A stretch of 64,000 nt of DNA from Phyllobates terribilis (GCF_046119375.1 NW_027362765.1:554652001-554716000), one strand, 5' to 3'. Shown: positions 20,893 to 34,815, counted from the stretch's first letter. Notes: generated from the sequence alone by a model not told the origin. Numbers and translations are program-made.

Positions 20893-23800
20893 TGTCACGC
20901 CAGGTGTGGGGAAGACTTAGTGCAACACAGAGGGAAAAGGGAAAGGGAGCCCAGACCATAGGGAAAGGGGGAAGTGGAGACCTCTTAGTCTGGTCTAGCG
21001 TCACCTAAGAGACAGTCTGCAATGCCAAACATAGAGATCTCCTGCAACTCACTGCAGGGTGACTGTCTGTCACCTCTGACACACCCGTGACAGTACCCCC
21101 CCCCCCCTCTCTACAAGTGGCCTCCGGACACTCAGGACCAGGTTTTTCAGGAAACGAGGTGTGGAATGAGCGAACCAATCTGGGAGCGTTCACCTCTGAC
21201 ACTGAAACACACATCCTCTCCTCTGGACCATAGCCTTTCCAGTGTACAAAGTATTGTAGAGAATGACATTGGAGATGAGAATCTACAATCCTCGAAATCT
21301 GGAACTCCAGATTACCATCAACCATTACTGGGGGCGGTGGCAGAGGTGAGGGCTCAAGAGGTTCCACGTACCTTTTGAATAACGACCTGTGGAACAGATT
21401 GTGGACCTTAGGGGCCTGAGGAAGTTCAAGATGAAATGCTGCTGGGTTAATGACGGCAGTTATTTTATAGGGGCCAATAAACCAAGGTCCCAGCTTCCAA
21501 GAAGGAACTTTCAATCTTATATTCCTGGTAGACAACCATGCAAAGTCATTCACATTCAGGTCCGGACCTGGCAAGTGTTTTCTGTCAGCCATACATTTAT
21601 ACCTGTTTCCCGTGGTCTTTAAATGACACAGAACACCCTGCCATACCAAGAAGAGCGACAAAGCAAACCGTTCCTCCTCCGAAACTCCTAAAGCTCCTCC
21701 CCCAATGAAGGTAGCAAACTGTGGATGATAACCGTATGCGCCGAAGAGTGGTGATCTGCCAGTGGATTCTTGCCGATGATTATTAATGGCAAATTCTGCC
21801 AGTGGTAAGTAGCATGCCCAATGCTATTGATTTTCGGAGATGAAACACCTGAGGTATATCTCCAAGTTCTGATTGACCCACTCAGTCTGACCATTTGACT
21901 GAGGGTGGAAGGCAGAGGAAAAAGACAGCTGCACCCCCAGTCGAGAACAGAATGCCTTCCAGAACTTGGAAACAAACTGGGTCCCCCGATCAGACACCAC
22001 ATTGGAGGGAACCCCATGAAGCTTCACAATCTCATTTATGAACATCTGTGCAAGTGTCTTGGCATTGGGAAGTACAGGTAATGCGATTAAGTGAACCATT
22101 TTACTGAACCTATCTACTATGACCAAAACCACCGTTTTCCCTGCAGAAACCGGTAGGTCAGTAATAAAATCCATGGACAAGTGTGTCCATGGCCTAATAG
22201 GGATAGGTAGCGGAAGAAGAGTACCAGGTATGTGAAACGCGCACAAATACTACAAGCAACTACATGTTCAATTACATCCTGATGCAACCCCGGCCACCAA
22301 AAACGATGAGAGAGGAGGTCCACTGTTGCCTTACCACCTGGATGCCCAGCAAGCACAGAGTTATGATGTTCCTTGATTACTTTGCAGCGCAGATCAGATA
22401 GTACAAATAACTTTCCTGAAGGGCAGGAGGCAGGGGTGTCCCCCTGAGCCTCCAACACCTCACCCTCCAGTTCAGAATAATGAGCCAAAATAACTACCCC
22501 TTTCTGTTATATCGGGGCAGGGTTCTCATGGTCACCACCACCAGGGAAGCTCCGGGACAAAGCATAAGCCTTGACATTTTTGATCCCTGCGCGAAAAGTG
22601 ACAACAAAATTGAACCTAGTAAAAAATGGGGACCATTTGGCTTGCCTAGGGTTGAGACATTTAGCTGATTGGAGATATGACTGGTTCTTATGGTCAGTAA
22701 TAACAGTAATAGGATGGACAGCCCCCTCCAACCAATTTCGCCATTCCTTAAACGCCAATTTGATTGCCAAAAGTTCCCTATTACCCACGTCATAATTTCT
22801 CTCAGCCGAAGACATTTTTTTAGAAAAGAAGGCGCATGGATGCCATTTACCAGGGGACGAACCCTGAGACAACACAGCCCCAACCCCGACATCGGAAGCA
22901 TCGACCTCCACAATAAAAGGTTGAGAAACATTGGGTTGACTGAGTATAGGTGCAGTGGCAAAATGATTCTTTAAGGAAGAAAAAGCCTGGAGGGAAGCAT
23001 CAGACCATTTGGAAAAATCTGACCCCTTCTTAGTCATGTCAGTAAGGGGTTTCACTATAACAGAGTAATTTTGGATGAATTTCCTGTAAAAATTAGTAGA
23101 GCCCAGAAAACGTTGTAGAGCCTTCAGGTTCTCGGCACGGTCCCAGACAAGAACTGCACGGATCTTCTCTGGATCCATCCGAACACCCGAAGATGACAAG
23201 TACCCCAAAAACTGCAACAAATTTTTCTAGTTTGGCATAAAGTTTGTTATCCCTTAATATCTCGAGCACCTGCTTAACATGCCCCTTATGAGTCTCAAAA
23301 TCAGGTGAATAAACCAAAATATCGTCCAGAGAGACAACCACAAACCACACCACCAAATGGAAAATATCATTTATGAAATGCTGGAACACTGCAGGTGCAT
23401 TGGTCGAACCGAAAGACATAACCAGACTCTTGAAATGCCCTTCAGCGGTATTGAACGCTGTTTTCCATTCATCCCCTGATTCTAACCAGATTGTAGGCTC
23501 CCCTTAAATCCAACTTAGAGAATACCTTAGCTCCCACAACCTGGCTGAAGAAATCTGGAATCACAGGAAGAGGATATGGATCTTGAATGGTAATTTGATT
23601 AAAATTCCCGGAAAACTAAACAGGGACGTAGGCCGCCATCTTTTTTCTTCACGAAGAAGAACCCTGCTGCCACGGACGAAGATGAGGGTCTGATGTGTCC
23701 CTTCTCCAGACTTCCCGCAATGAAATCCTTTATGGCTTGTCTCTCAGGGCCAGAAAGATTATACAGTCTGGACTTTGATAGTTTAGTTCTGGGGGTCAGG

Positions 23801-25516
23801 TTAATATGACAGTCATAAGCATGATGAGGAGGCAAATCCTGACATTCCCTCTCAGAAAAAACGTCCTCAAAACCAGACAGAAAAGCAGGTAATATTTCCA
23901 TATACACTGTAGCAAGGGAAATATCTAAACAGTTCTCATGGCAGTAATCTCCCCATTCAGTGATCTCCCTGGCATGCCAATCCACTAACGGATTATGTTT
24001 CACCAACCAGGGAAGACCCAAAACAACTGGGGTGGGAAGACCGTCCAAGACATAGCAAGGGATTATCCCAATGAACCAACGCCACCCTCAGTTTTACATT
24101 ATGTACAATCTGAGTTAGTGCTTTCTGTGAAAGTGGCGCTAAGTCAATGGTAAAGATGGGCATAGGCTTAGCTAAAGTACAGCAAGCAAGACCATGAGTT
24201 TTCACAAACTCAGCATCAACCATGCTGACTCCAGCTCCACTGTCAACAAACAAAGAGATTTTCTCGGTTTTGCTCTCTAGCAGCACCTCTGCTGTTAGGA
24301 CAAACCGGAAACTGCAGGTTGGCGATAAATGCATCCCTTGCTTATCCAACTCCAGACTACCAAGGGTTAATCAAGTTTCCTTTTGCTTAGGAATCGAAGG
24401 ACAGCCACAATAACATGGCCCTTTTTCCCACAAAAAAAACACCTTTTTTCTTGCAAATCTCTGGGGAAATGTATGATACAGAGGCACCCCTAAACAGCAT
24501 GGGTTCCTCCAAATCCCTCAGTACTGGTTCACCGCCAGACCGCTCTGCCGGCAAAGGTGCATAACCCCGAGAAGTAGGCCCTGGAGAAGGTGGTCTCACC
24601 CACCTATCCCGAAGGCATCTATCAAGACGTATAGCCACTGACATGCCAGCCTCCAAAGACTCAGGGGTTTCATATACTGCCCAAGCATCTTTTAATCTTT
24701 CAGTAAGGCCCTCACAAAATTGGCTTCTAAGAGCAGAGTCATTCCATTTTGAATGGGTTGCCCATCTATGGAATTCAGAGCTGTATGTCTCCATTGACCG
24801 ATTCCCCTGCTGAAGGCGACGTAGCCTAGACTCTGCCGAGGCGACTCGGTCAGGGTCATCATAGATGAGGGTCAGGGCCCCCAAAAAAACCTCCACAGAC
24901 TGGAGACAAACTGAAACCTGCGGTAAAGAAAGCGCCCAGGATTGAGGATCTCCCTGCAGCAGTGAGATCACAATTCCCACTCGTTGCTCCTCACTTCTGG
25001 AGGAGTAAGGACAAAGTTTAAAGTACAGTTTGCAGGCCTCCTTGAACACAAAAAAACTTGTCCCTACTTCCTGAAACCAATCTTGGGTTCAGGCTGGACA
25101 GGTCTACTTGCAGAGACCCCCACATTAGCGACCTGTAGTTGCTGATGCTGTTCCTGAACCTCACAGTCACCTCCAGAGACAGTCAACAAGGGAGATTAAC
25201 ATGGAGGAAAGTAACTTACCTTGAGCCGACATCAGAGAGATTACACCAAATGTCCTCCTAAGCACCAGAGAGGAAGTAAGCAGACTGCAATAGCTCCAAT
25301 CCTTAACAAGGAAACATGTGAATATCACCGGCACCTTCCTGTAGTAAACAGAAAGTATTTAAACACCCAGGCCTGGGTGTCAATTAGCAGGAGGGAGGTA
25401 GCCACTGGGTCCTAGAGTGAGACAGATCTAATAAGGTGTCTGTAATGCCAAATGAAGAGATCTTCTGCAACCAACTGCAGGGCGACTGTCCTGTCTCATC
25501 TGACACACCCGTGACA
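20893..25516 (-). mobile_element. Decayed Gypsy chromovirus (related family), many frameshifts
   Basis: Minus-strand fragments of gag, protease (VDSGA), RT (SLDDIL), RNase H, integrase and chromodomain, colinear with the intact element. PPT at about 21097-21111. LTR remnants beginning TGTCACGGGTGTGTCAGA at 25516 and 21092. No matching TSD. Confidence 0.93.
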
Positions 25517-25639
25517 GGGTATGGCTAACAAAACCCGACAAATTTATCATAATTTACCCTACAATAATGGCATGAATTATGACAGAAATGTGTGCAAGCC
25601 CCTGACAGGATATTGAGCTGGAAAGACATTAAGCACAAT

Positions 25640-26070
25640 AGGGTCTTATCCGGAAAAAAATTAGAAGAATGTGGGCAATAGTGCTCACCTGGTAGGGTTG
25701 TGTGGTCAAAACCGCTAAAAAAGGCTTAAGGCTGCTGCAGACCCACAGCTTGGAGAACATCAAGGACTAGAGTAAAATGCGTTAAACCTGCTCATCAAGG
25801 ACTGGAGTAAAATAGGTTAAATCTTTGCTGGATTAGTGATGAGAAGGAGTCAGAAATCCAAGAATGCGGTTTATTAGTCAACGCGTTTCAAAATGTCGCA
25901 CTTCTTCAGTCAACCACTGTGGTTTGCCCTGATTAATTAGTGTAACACTTTGAAATGTGTTGACTAATAAACTGCATTCCTGGATTTCTGACTCCTTCTC
26001 ATTACTCATCCGCCGGCAGCGAAGATTTAACCTATTTTACTCTAGTCCTTGATGAACCCCTGACAGGAGT
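25640..26070. repeat. Penelope-like remnant with inverted arms and two degenerate hammerhead cores
   Basis: 25794-25890 is the reverse complement of 25950-26053. Cores CTGAAGA..GAAACGCGT (minus, about 25880-25909) and CTGATTA..GAAATGTGT (plus, 25929-25960). Confidence 0.55.
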
Positions 26071-26702
26071 AACATTCCAGGCAGTGGTGCACGATGGTTG
26101 AAAGATGCACCAAAATCATTAAGAGGCACATACCTCATAATGAATTTGGTGCATCTTACTCCGACTCCTCACTTCATCAAGAGTGGCGTACAAAATGTCA
26201 ATCTTGAAAATTCTGTATCTTTTCAAAGTGTTTTACACTGGCAAAAGCAATTTGATGAATCGTCCTTTTAGTGTCCAATAAATTACACGCTGTAAAAAAC
26301 AAACTGTTTGTTTTCTCTACTTTTATGAGTTGTTATTATTAATGTTTTTTTTCCGGTTTCAGTTATCTATTGCCCTCTTGCGCAGTTAAAAAAAAAACAA
26401 AAAAAAAACTATGCTTTACTTCTACCTGTCCTCAAGGTCTACGTCTGTGTCTCCAACATCTACATCGGCAGAGATTGGCTGTAGTGCTGTTGACGGGATG
26501 TCAGTGCTGCAGCCAAACAACAGGGACAAGAGCGGTGGTGTAGAGACAGTGCTGGACCTGGGGAGAGGAAGTAAAGCTCAGTAATTTTTTTTACACTTTA
26601 CTGCACCTGGGGACAATAGTGTAATGAACTTTCCTAGCTGTATGAATTTATATTGAATATTAATCTCAACTTACTTATGGATATTCGATATATTTTTCTT
26701 AG

Positions 26703-26843
26703 ATGTTTCAAAGGCTACATTGGCAGTAGATGCCAGAAAATGGATTTGTTTCAAGTGATGGCTGGTGGTGACCCCCGCTCTATTTTGGTTGTGGCATTTG
26801 TGGCTGTACTGACCCTGATGGTCACCACATGTCTTGGTATTTA
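26703..26843 (+). CDS. TGF-alpha-like ligand, coding exon 3 (EGF Cys5-Cys6, stalk, transmembrane helix)
   Basis: TTTTTCTTAG| acceptor and TA|GTAAGT donor, phases 2/2, matching exon 2. Translates CFKGYIGSRCQKMDLFQVMAGGDPRSILVVAFVAVLTLMVTTCLGI(Y). Confidence 0.95.
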
Positions 26844-28441
26844 GTAAGTATTTTCTCAAATTTTAATCTTCTGTAACTCAACAGACCTATCTGATTTATT
26901 CGTATCTGAAGAAGATTTATGGCTTTTGTAGCACTGCAGTTTGTCTGAAGGAAATGAAGTAAAAGTAACTTACACCAATCCACAGTGGTGCTGTAACAAG
27001 ATGCCCCCGATGTATTTTTGGAACTTGAACAAATTTCACAAAAAGTTAGCTGCACTTTACTACAATCTCTTTCTTCACTATGGAATGAAGATGGATCCTC
27101 TACAGTATGTCCCCAACATGGCTCCCTATGTCATAGTGACAAGCCAGAAGACCCGCAGCGCTTGCTATAACAAAGAGGCAGAAGGCGAAGGCTTAATTGG
27201 TTGCCCTATGACTAGCGGGTTCAGCAGTGTAAGGACACACCGACTTTCTATAGCCCTCTATACAGGCAGTCATAGTCTATAGGGGACAGTACTTCTACAC
27301 TTCCATATAATCTAAACACTACTGGATGCCATTTTACAGAACTATTGTCACCTAGAAGTATTACATTTAGGGGAGACTATCTCTGTAATCACATACTTGC
27401 CTTTCTGTGATTTACTGTACCTATGTCTGTAGTAGTCGCTGAAATGGTGATGTGAGAATGGAGAAGACATCTCTGCTGCAGCCTGTCGAGCTCTTTATGC
27501 TCACACGGGGCCTGGTCAACTATGACTGGAGGAAAGCCTCACTATAGGAGTAGTGGTGGGGGGATTCAAAAGGTGACCATATGTCACTAGGTGTATTTTT
27601 ATCCAAAAATATTCGAAAACCTCAATATAAAACCCACTACATAGAAACCTGCTCAAATATGATTACTGCCTTAAACCATTTTTCAACCAACCTCATTCTC
27701 ATGGACAAAAACATCCAAGTAGATAACATTTTTTGCTTCTGCAAACACACCAAAAATAATACCATAAGTACCACAGAGGCAGACCATATGGCTGTTATGG
27801 GATCCAGCCCTAGTTTCCCATCCCCTTTGCTACACTTTTGTCTTGGACGGCAAAACGCAGCACCATTAAAGCAGGCTAAGTTCAGTCTTCACTTTAGGGA
27901 CCCATCTTTTCTTTGTAAGCCACTGACAGTAAACACATTGCAGGGAATCTGTTATCAGGTTGCGGCCATCTAGAACAGAATTATACTGAGACCCAGATTT
28001 CACCGATGTGCCACTTACTGAGCTGCCTGCTGTAGTTTTGATAAAATTACTATTCTATCAGCAGAGTTCTAGTAAATCAGCAGTCATGTAGTTCTCTATA
28101 TCCATGAACTCTACATAACCCCGCCCCCCACCACTGATTGACAGCTTTCTACCCATGCACAGTGTACACAGAAAGCAGTGATGTGAACAGGGTTATTCAG
28201 AGCTCAGCATTCAGAGAACTGGTAGCTCTACAGCAGGGGAAACGATTTTATCAAAATTACAGCAAGCAGCCCAGTAGTCATAGATTGCTGAGAGCACTGT
28301 ATTTTTCTGAGTGCATAGAATTTTGTGGCCTGCCTAAACAGGTCAGTAAACGAGTGGCAATCGGTTTGTATATAGCCAATCATTTACAACCTGGACCGGC
28401 CCATGTAGAGGAGACAATAGGCTGTGCTCAAATATAGCCTA

Positions 28442-30075
28442 CAGTGGTGGCCAAAAGTATTGGCACCCCTGCAATTCTGTCAGATAATACTCAGTTTCTT
28501 CCTGAAAATGATTGCAATCACAAATCCTTTGGTATTATTATCTTCATTTAATTTGCTTGCAGGGAAAAAACACAAAAGAGAATGAAGCAAAAATCAAATC
28601 ATTGATCATTTCACACAAAACTCCAAAAATGGGCCAGACAAAAGTATTAGCACCCTCAGCCTAATACTTGGTTGCACAACCTTTAGCCAAAATAACTGTG
28701 AACAACCGCTTCCGGTAACCATCAATGAGTTTCTTACAATGCTCTGCTGGAATTGTAGACCATTCTTCTTTGGCAAATTGCTCCAGGTCCCTGATATTTC
28801 AAGGGTGCCTTCTCCAAACTGCCATTTTGAGATCTCTCCACAGGTGTTCTATGGGATTCATGTCTGGACTCATTGCTGGCCACCTTAGAAGTCTCCAGTG
28901 CTTTCTCTCAAACCATTTTATAGTGATTTTGGAAGTGTGTTTTGGGTCATTTTCCTGCTGGAAGACCCATGATCTCTGAGGGAGACCCAGCTTTCTCACA
29001 CTGGGCCCTACATTATGCTGCAAAATTTGTTAGTAGTCTTCAGACTTCATAATGCCATGCACACGGTCAAGCAGTCCAGTGCCAGAGGCAGCAAAGCAAC
29101 CCCAAAACATCAGGAACCTCCGCCATGTTTGACTGTAGGGACCATGTTTTTTTCTTTGAATGCCTCTTTTTTTTCCTGTACACTCTATGTTGATGATTTT
29201 TCCCAAAAAGCTCTACTTTTGTCTCATCTGACCAGAGAGCATTCTTCCAAAACGTTTTAGGCTTTCTCAGGTAAGTTTTGGCAAACTCCAGCCTGGCTTT
29301 TTTATGTCTCGGGGTAAGAAGTGGGGTCTTCCTGGGTATCCTACCATACAGTCCCTTTTCATTCAGACGCCGACGGATAGTACAGGTTGACACTGTTGTA
29401 CCCTCGGACTGCAGGGATGCTTGAACTTGTTTGGATGTTAGTCGAGGTTCTTTATCTACCATCCGCATAATCTTGCGTTGAAATCTCTCGTCAATTTTTC
29501 TTTTCCGTCCACATCTAGGGAGGTTAGCCACAGTGCCATGGGCTTTAAACTTCTTGATGACACTGCGCACGGAAGACACAGGAACATTCAGGTCTTTGGA
29601 GATGGACTTGTAGCCTTGAGATTGCTCATGCTTCCTCACAATTTGGTTTCTCAAGTCCTCAGACAGTTCTTTGGTCTTCTTTCTTTTCTCCATGCTCAAT
29701 GTGGTACACACAAGGACACAGGACAGAGGTTGAGTCAACTTTAATCCATGTTAACTGGCTGCAAGTGTGAATTAGTTATTGCCAACACCTGTTAGGTGCC
29801 ACAGGTAAGTTACAGGTGCTGTTAATTACACGAATTAGAGAAGCATCACATGATTTTTCAAACAGTGCCAATACTTTTGTCCACCCCCTTTTTTAGGTTT
29901 GGTGTGGAATTATATCCAATTTGGCTTTAGGACAATTCTTTTTGTGTTTTTTCATTGAAGACAAATTAAACGAAGATAATAATACCAAAGAATTTGTGAT
30001 TGCAATCATTTTCAGGAAGAAACTGAGTATTAGTTGACAGAATTGCAGGGGTGCCAATACTTTTGGCCACCACTG
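28442..30075 (-). mobile_element. Tc1/mariner DNA transposon, near full length
   Basis: TA-CAGTGGTGGCCAAAAGTATTGGCACCCCTGCAATTCTGTC ... reverse complement-TA; about 200-bp TIRs. Confidence 0.96.
28661..29693 (-). pseudogene. Tc1 (DD34E) transposase pseudogene
   Basis: MEKRKKTKELSEDLRNQIV...GRKRKI...WSDETK, then frameshifts; QQENDPKH (second catalytic Asp replaced by Glu); SPDMNPIEHLW; ends AKGCATKY*. Confidence 0.93.
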
Positions 30076-30418
30076 TATGTGTCAGATTTGTTGTATATCT
30101 TACTATTAAAAACAATATGAATGAGGAATTGATATCTCATTTGCAGTTGAAAAAATCAGAGTGCATATTGAAAGGTTAAATATGCAACAAACTATGCATG
30201 AAATTTGCAGATTTATTCTACTTCATATCTTACCCGATTTTTTTTTCTGCCATATTTATATTAAATTTGACAATTGAATTAAATGCATAATAAGATATAG
30301 AAACCTGTAGGCACTTATGTTCATAATATTACAGCTCTGTAAAATTAGAGACTCTAATTCAGTAATGTGCATAATCCCTACCATTTGTACTAATTCTACT
30401 AACAATACTGATTATTTG

Positions 30419-31392
30419 CAGTGGCTTGCAAAAGTATTCACCCTCCCCCTCTTGGCTTTTAACCTATTTTGTTACATTACAACCTGTGTTTGAATATTTT
30501 TGTAATCCGATTTGTGTGTGATGCATCAGCACTATATGGTCTAAGTTGGTGAAGTGAAGTGAGAAAAATATAGGCATAAATTAAATTTATGTAAACAAAT
30601 AACGAAAAAGGTGCTGTGGTCAGATGAGACCAAAATTTTACTTTTTGGCCACCAAGATAAACGCTATGTCTGGCTCCAAACCAACACAGCTGATCACCCC
30701 AAGAACACCATCCCCACAGTGAAACATGGTGGTGGCATCATCATGCTATGGGAATGTTTTTCGGCAGCAGGGAAAATGGTGCGAGTCGAGGGGAAGATGT
30801 ATGGTGCAAAATACAAGGATATTCTTGAGCAAAACCTGTTTCAGTCTGTCAGTGATTTGAGACTGTGACGGAGATTCACCTTCCAACAAGGCAATGACCC
30901 AAAGCATCACTTGAGTGGTTTAAGGGGAAACGTGTAAATGTTTTGGAGTGGCCTAGCCAAAGCCTAAACCTTAATCCAATTGAGAATCTGCGGTCAGACT
31001 TGAAGATTGCTGTTGCCCAGAGGAAACCATCTAACTTGAAGGATTTGGGGCAGTTTTGCTTTTTTAGGAATGGGCAAAAATCCCAGTGGCAAGATGTTGG
31101 AAGCTCACAGAAACTTATTCAAAGTGACTTGCAGCTGTAATTGCCACAAAAGGAGGCTCTACAAAGTATTGACTTTAGGGGGGTGAATAGTTATCCACAC
31201 TGAAGTTTTCAGTTATTTTGTCCTATTTGTTGTTTGCATCACAAAAAAAAAGAAAACCAAATGTTCACAGTTGTAGGCACGTTCTTTACATGAACTGATG
31301 CAAACTAAAAAAAAAAAAACTGTGAAATTTCAGGGTGTGAGGTAGTAAAACATGAAAAATGCCAAGAGGATGGATACTTTTGCATGCCACTG
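30419..31392 (+). mobile_element. Internally deleted Tc1 element
   Basis: Termini CAGTGGCTTGCAAAAGTATTC / GATACTTTTGCATGCCACTG-TA. WSDETK..GGGIIMLWECF and NLNPIENL fragments; DNA-binding domain absent. Confidence 0.88.
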
Positions 31393-31423
31393 TATGTAAG
31401 TGATCGCGCAAAATCTTTTACAG

Positions 31424-31482
31424 TTTATGTAGGAGAGAGGCATTCAGCAAGCTTACACTTCTGAAGACTGTTGATGTCCATG
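31424..31482 (+). CDS. TGF-alpha-like ligand, coding exon 4 (cytoplasmic tail)
   Basis: TCTTTTACAG| acceptor and ATG|GTAAGT donor. Phase 2 completes Tyr (TA|T). Reads LCRREAFSKLTLLKTVDVH with stop-transfer RR and an LLK also found in the TGFA tail. Confidence 0.75.
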
Positions 31483-31959
31483 GTAAGTTTTTACATAGCA
31501 GTGAAATTGTTAGTGTGTAGCCAGATAGTTTTTTGATGATCTTTCCTTAGGTTATGATCACAGAGTTGTTGTTTTTTTAACACATTCTTTGCATAAATTC
31601 TGTACTAAAATTCCCACGAAAAATTTCAAAATCGCTTACAGCAAGCTTACCATTTATTTGAATGATTAGACGAGCCCATTGGACACATATTTCATTCTGT
31701 GCAGTAAAACACTAAATGCACATGTAATCCGCACATGACTATATCAAAAAAGTTTTGTCAAAGCCAAATACCAGAAAGTGAAAGTGCTAAAAACACAGCT
31801 AATAGCTATTAGGTTCAGAAATCCTGCAGAAAATCTGCAACTACAAAATCTCACAAATACTATAATGTAGCCTTAGGATATGGACACACGTTGAATATTT
31901 GCAGCAGATTACAACACATAGGACACAGTGGAGCAGTAGCATGTACATCATATAGGAGA

Positions 31960-33840
31960 CTGTAAGGCTGGAGCATACACATCACATAGAATACATCGGG
32001 GCTGGAGCATATACATCACACAGGAGACACTGGGCTGGAGCATTAGTGACTCGCCCCCTGGGCCGTGGGGCACTCGGATCCAGGCAGTAGGGGAACGATG
32101 GGAGTAGTAGTGGCAACCCGGTTCCGTGGCTCAGGGTGGTCAGGCCAGTGGTAGTCCTTTATGTGCTGATGATAATGTCCGACTACGCCACCCGTGGATT
32201 GCGGTTATTAGGAACCGCCGCTGCATGCAGACCGCTGGGGCTGATGAGGTGTGCAGCTAGGGTAGTATGACTCCCCACGGGAAGAGTGCGGCCCCAGGGC
32301 AGTATAATGGATGGTGGGAGTGATGGTGGTGAGAGTCCCAGTACCGGTAGTGCTGGAGGCGCGAAGGAGCACACAGGCAACAGGTTGCAGTCCAGGGTCT
32401 TTACTAAAACAGGTAAACTGACCCATAAACAGTCCCGGCTAGGAGGGGACCTGGATGTCTGAGAGCAATGGGGAAATTGGCCCTGGTCAGGGTGAGGGTG
32501 TAGCCCTACCGTGCTTTCTGCGCTCCTTCTGACTATCTCCTCCTTATAGGATAACAGCCCACGCTTCCGAGCTCTCCGTGTATTCTCGCCTGTATGACCT
32601 GCGACGTGGGTTCCTTTCTGCTCTCGGCCTGGTACGGCTTTGCTGGTCCCTTCTGTTGTGGCAGGGCCTCCAGGCTTCTTAGGCCAAGGAATATACAGTC
32701 CCCTGCGGACTGGTTATCTGCTGGAGAATGTGGAATCCTCCCAGCCTCAGACACCAAAGTCTGGTAAATTAAGTCCGTTATCTGCCAAGACAGGCTGTCT
32801 TCGCCTCTTGTCTCTGGCTTGTGGCTCTCCTCCTGCCACACTTCCTCTTAGGTGCAATACAACTGTCTGTCCCTGCTCTGCTCTGGGACAAGTCTCAGTC
32901 CTGAGACAGGTCATCAAGTTCTCGCTAACCCTGCCCCCAGCACCAGCTTTTATAGGGGCAGCCTGCTCCCCCTACTGGCCTGAGACAGGAGGCATTGCAT
33001 GCTAATGTTCCCCTGACTAGAGAACCTCCCCCTTGCTCTCAGACACAGCTTTATTAGATTTTGTGGCATCCAGGCCAGGGTGACACATTAGCATCACAGA
33101 ATACACCTGGGCTGGAGCATATACATCACATGGGAGACAGTGGGGCTGAACCATATAAAACACATGGGATACACTGGGGTAGGAGCATATATATTACATA
33201 AGAGACACGGGCTGGAACATGTACATCACAGGAGACACTGTGGCTGGAGCATATACATCACAGACAGCTGTATATACATGATATAGGGAACACTGGGGCT
33301 GATGTAAATGCATCACAGAAGAGACACTTAGACTGGTTTATATACATCACATAGGAGACACTGGGGCTGGAGCATATACTTCACAAAGGATACACCAAGA
33401 CTGGAGCATATACATCATATAAGAGACACTTGGGCTGAAGCATATACATCACATAGGAGACACTTGGGCTGGAGTATATACATCACATAGCATATACTGG
33501 GAATGGAGCATATATATTAAATAGGAGACAGAGGCTGGAGCATACACATCACATAGGATACACTAGGGATGAAACATATATCATATAAAAGACACTGGAG
33601 CTAGAGCATATACATCACATAGGAGACAATGGGGCTGGAGCATGTACATCACTAAGAAAACACTAGGGCTGGAGCATGTACATCACATAGGAAACAAGGG
33701 GCCTGGAGCATATTTATCACATAGGATTCACTAGGGTGGGTGCATATACATGACATAGGAGAAACTAGGGATGGAGCATATACATCACAAGTGGCACTGG
33801 AGATGGAGCATACACATCACAGGAGACACTGTGACTGCTG
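31960..33840 (+). repeat. ~38-40-bp minisatellite (GGGGCTGGAGCATATACATCACATAGGAGACACT-like), interrupted by a solo LTR
   Basis: About 20 degenerate units at 31960-32045 and 33092-33840. Confidence 0.9.
32047..33087. mobile_element. Solo LTR (1041 bp)
   Basis: TGACTCGCCCCCTGGGCCGTGGGG...GTGACACA; 4-bp TSD TTAG. Shares blocks with 46057-47269. Confidence 0.8.
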
Positions 33841-34656
33841 TCTTCATCAGTGGGACGGGAGTGCGGAGCACACTAAATCCACCCACAAGGAACCACTAGC
33901 TAGAGTCAGGACGTAATCCATCATTGGCTACACATTCAGTAGTGAATGTTGTGTACTTGTGCTCGCAGTGTAAAGGGGAGTTAAAGGGCTGGTGGCCGGT
34001 GTAAAGTTTCTACACACTCAGTTAAGTTTGAGGTAGGCACGGGAAGCGGTTTAGGTAAAACACTATACGTGCTGGAGCTTTCTTCCGGGCTTATATCACT
34101 GAGGATATCTACCTCTGTGAAACATATCTCAGGACACTGGAAAATGTAAAGCTGTTTAAAAAAGTAGCATGTTCTTTTTATGGGCAACTTCCACTAGGAA
34201 GTTGCTCGCTAGATATAATTTTACATTTTAGTCATGGTTTAAAGTTTTTAAAAAAAACGCCATAAAAATAACGGCAACACTGCCTGCCATCATAGACACT
34301 TCAGGAAAAAGAAAGCTGGCTTTTTTCTGAAGCAGCTTCACATAGGAAGACCAGTTGCTCTGGCATTTTAAAGATGTTTTGTGCACATACCCTATAAAGT
34401 TTTGGATGAGTTTTTTCCTGAAACATTGTTTGCAGTCCTTTCATTGGGCAGTGCCTATTTCAGAGTAATGATCAATTTTCAATATCTGAAGTGGAAAAAA
34501 AACACTCAAACGACTACACTTAAGTGCAGCAAAGTTGGTTTTACAATAGAAATGAAGAGTCTTTCAAACGTGCTTATGTGATTTTTCTGGTGCTTTTTGA
34601 AGCAGTCTTATTAAAAAAAACTCCTTAAAACCGTGCACATTTCTTAAGTTCTTTTT

Positions 34657-34815
34657 AATTATAATAATAATTTTTATTTCTATAGTGCCTACATATTCCG
34701 CAGCACTTTACATTACAGAGGGGACTTGTACAGACAATAAAAACACAACAGAGGAAACACATTATTCAACAGATACCAATAGGAGTGAGGGCCCTGTTCA
34801 CAAGCTTGTAATCTA
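34657..34815 (-). mobile_element. 3' end fragment of an L2-type LINE/SINE
   Basis: Minus strand ends TGTAAAGTGCTGCGGAATATGTAGGCACTATAGAAATAAAAATTATTATTAT, the typical fish/amphibian L2 tail with (ATT)n. Confidence 0.7.
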
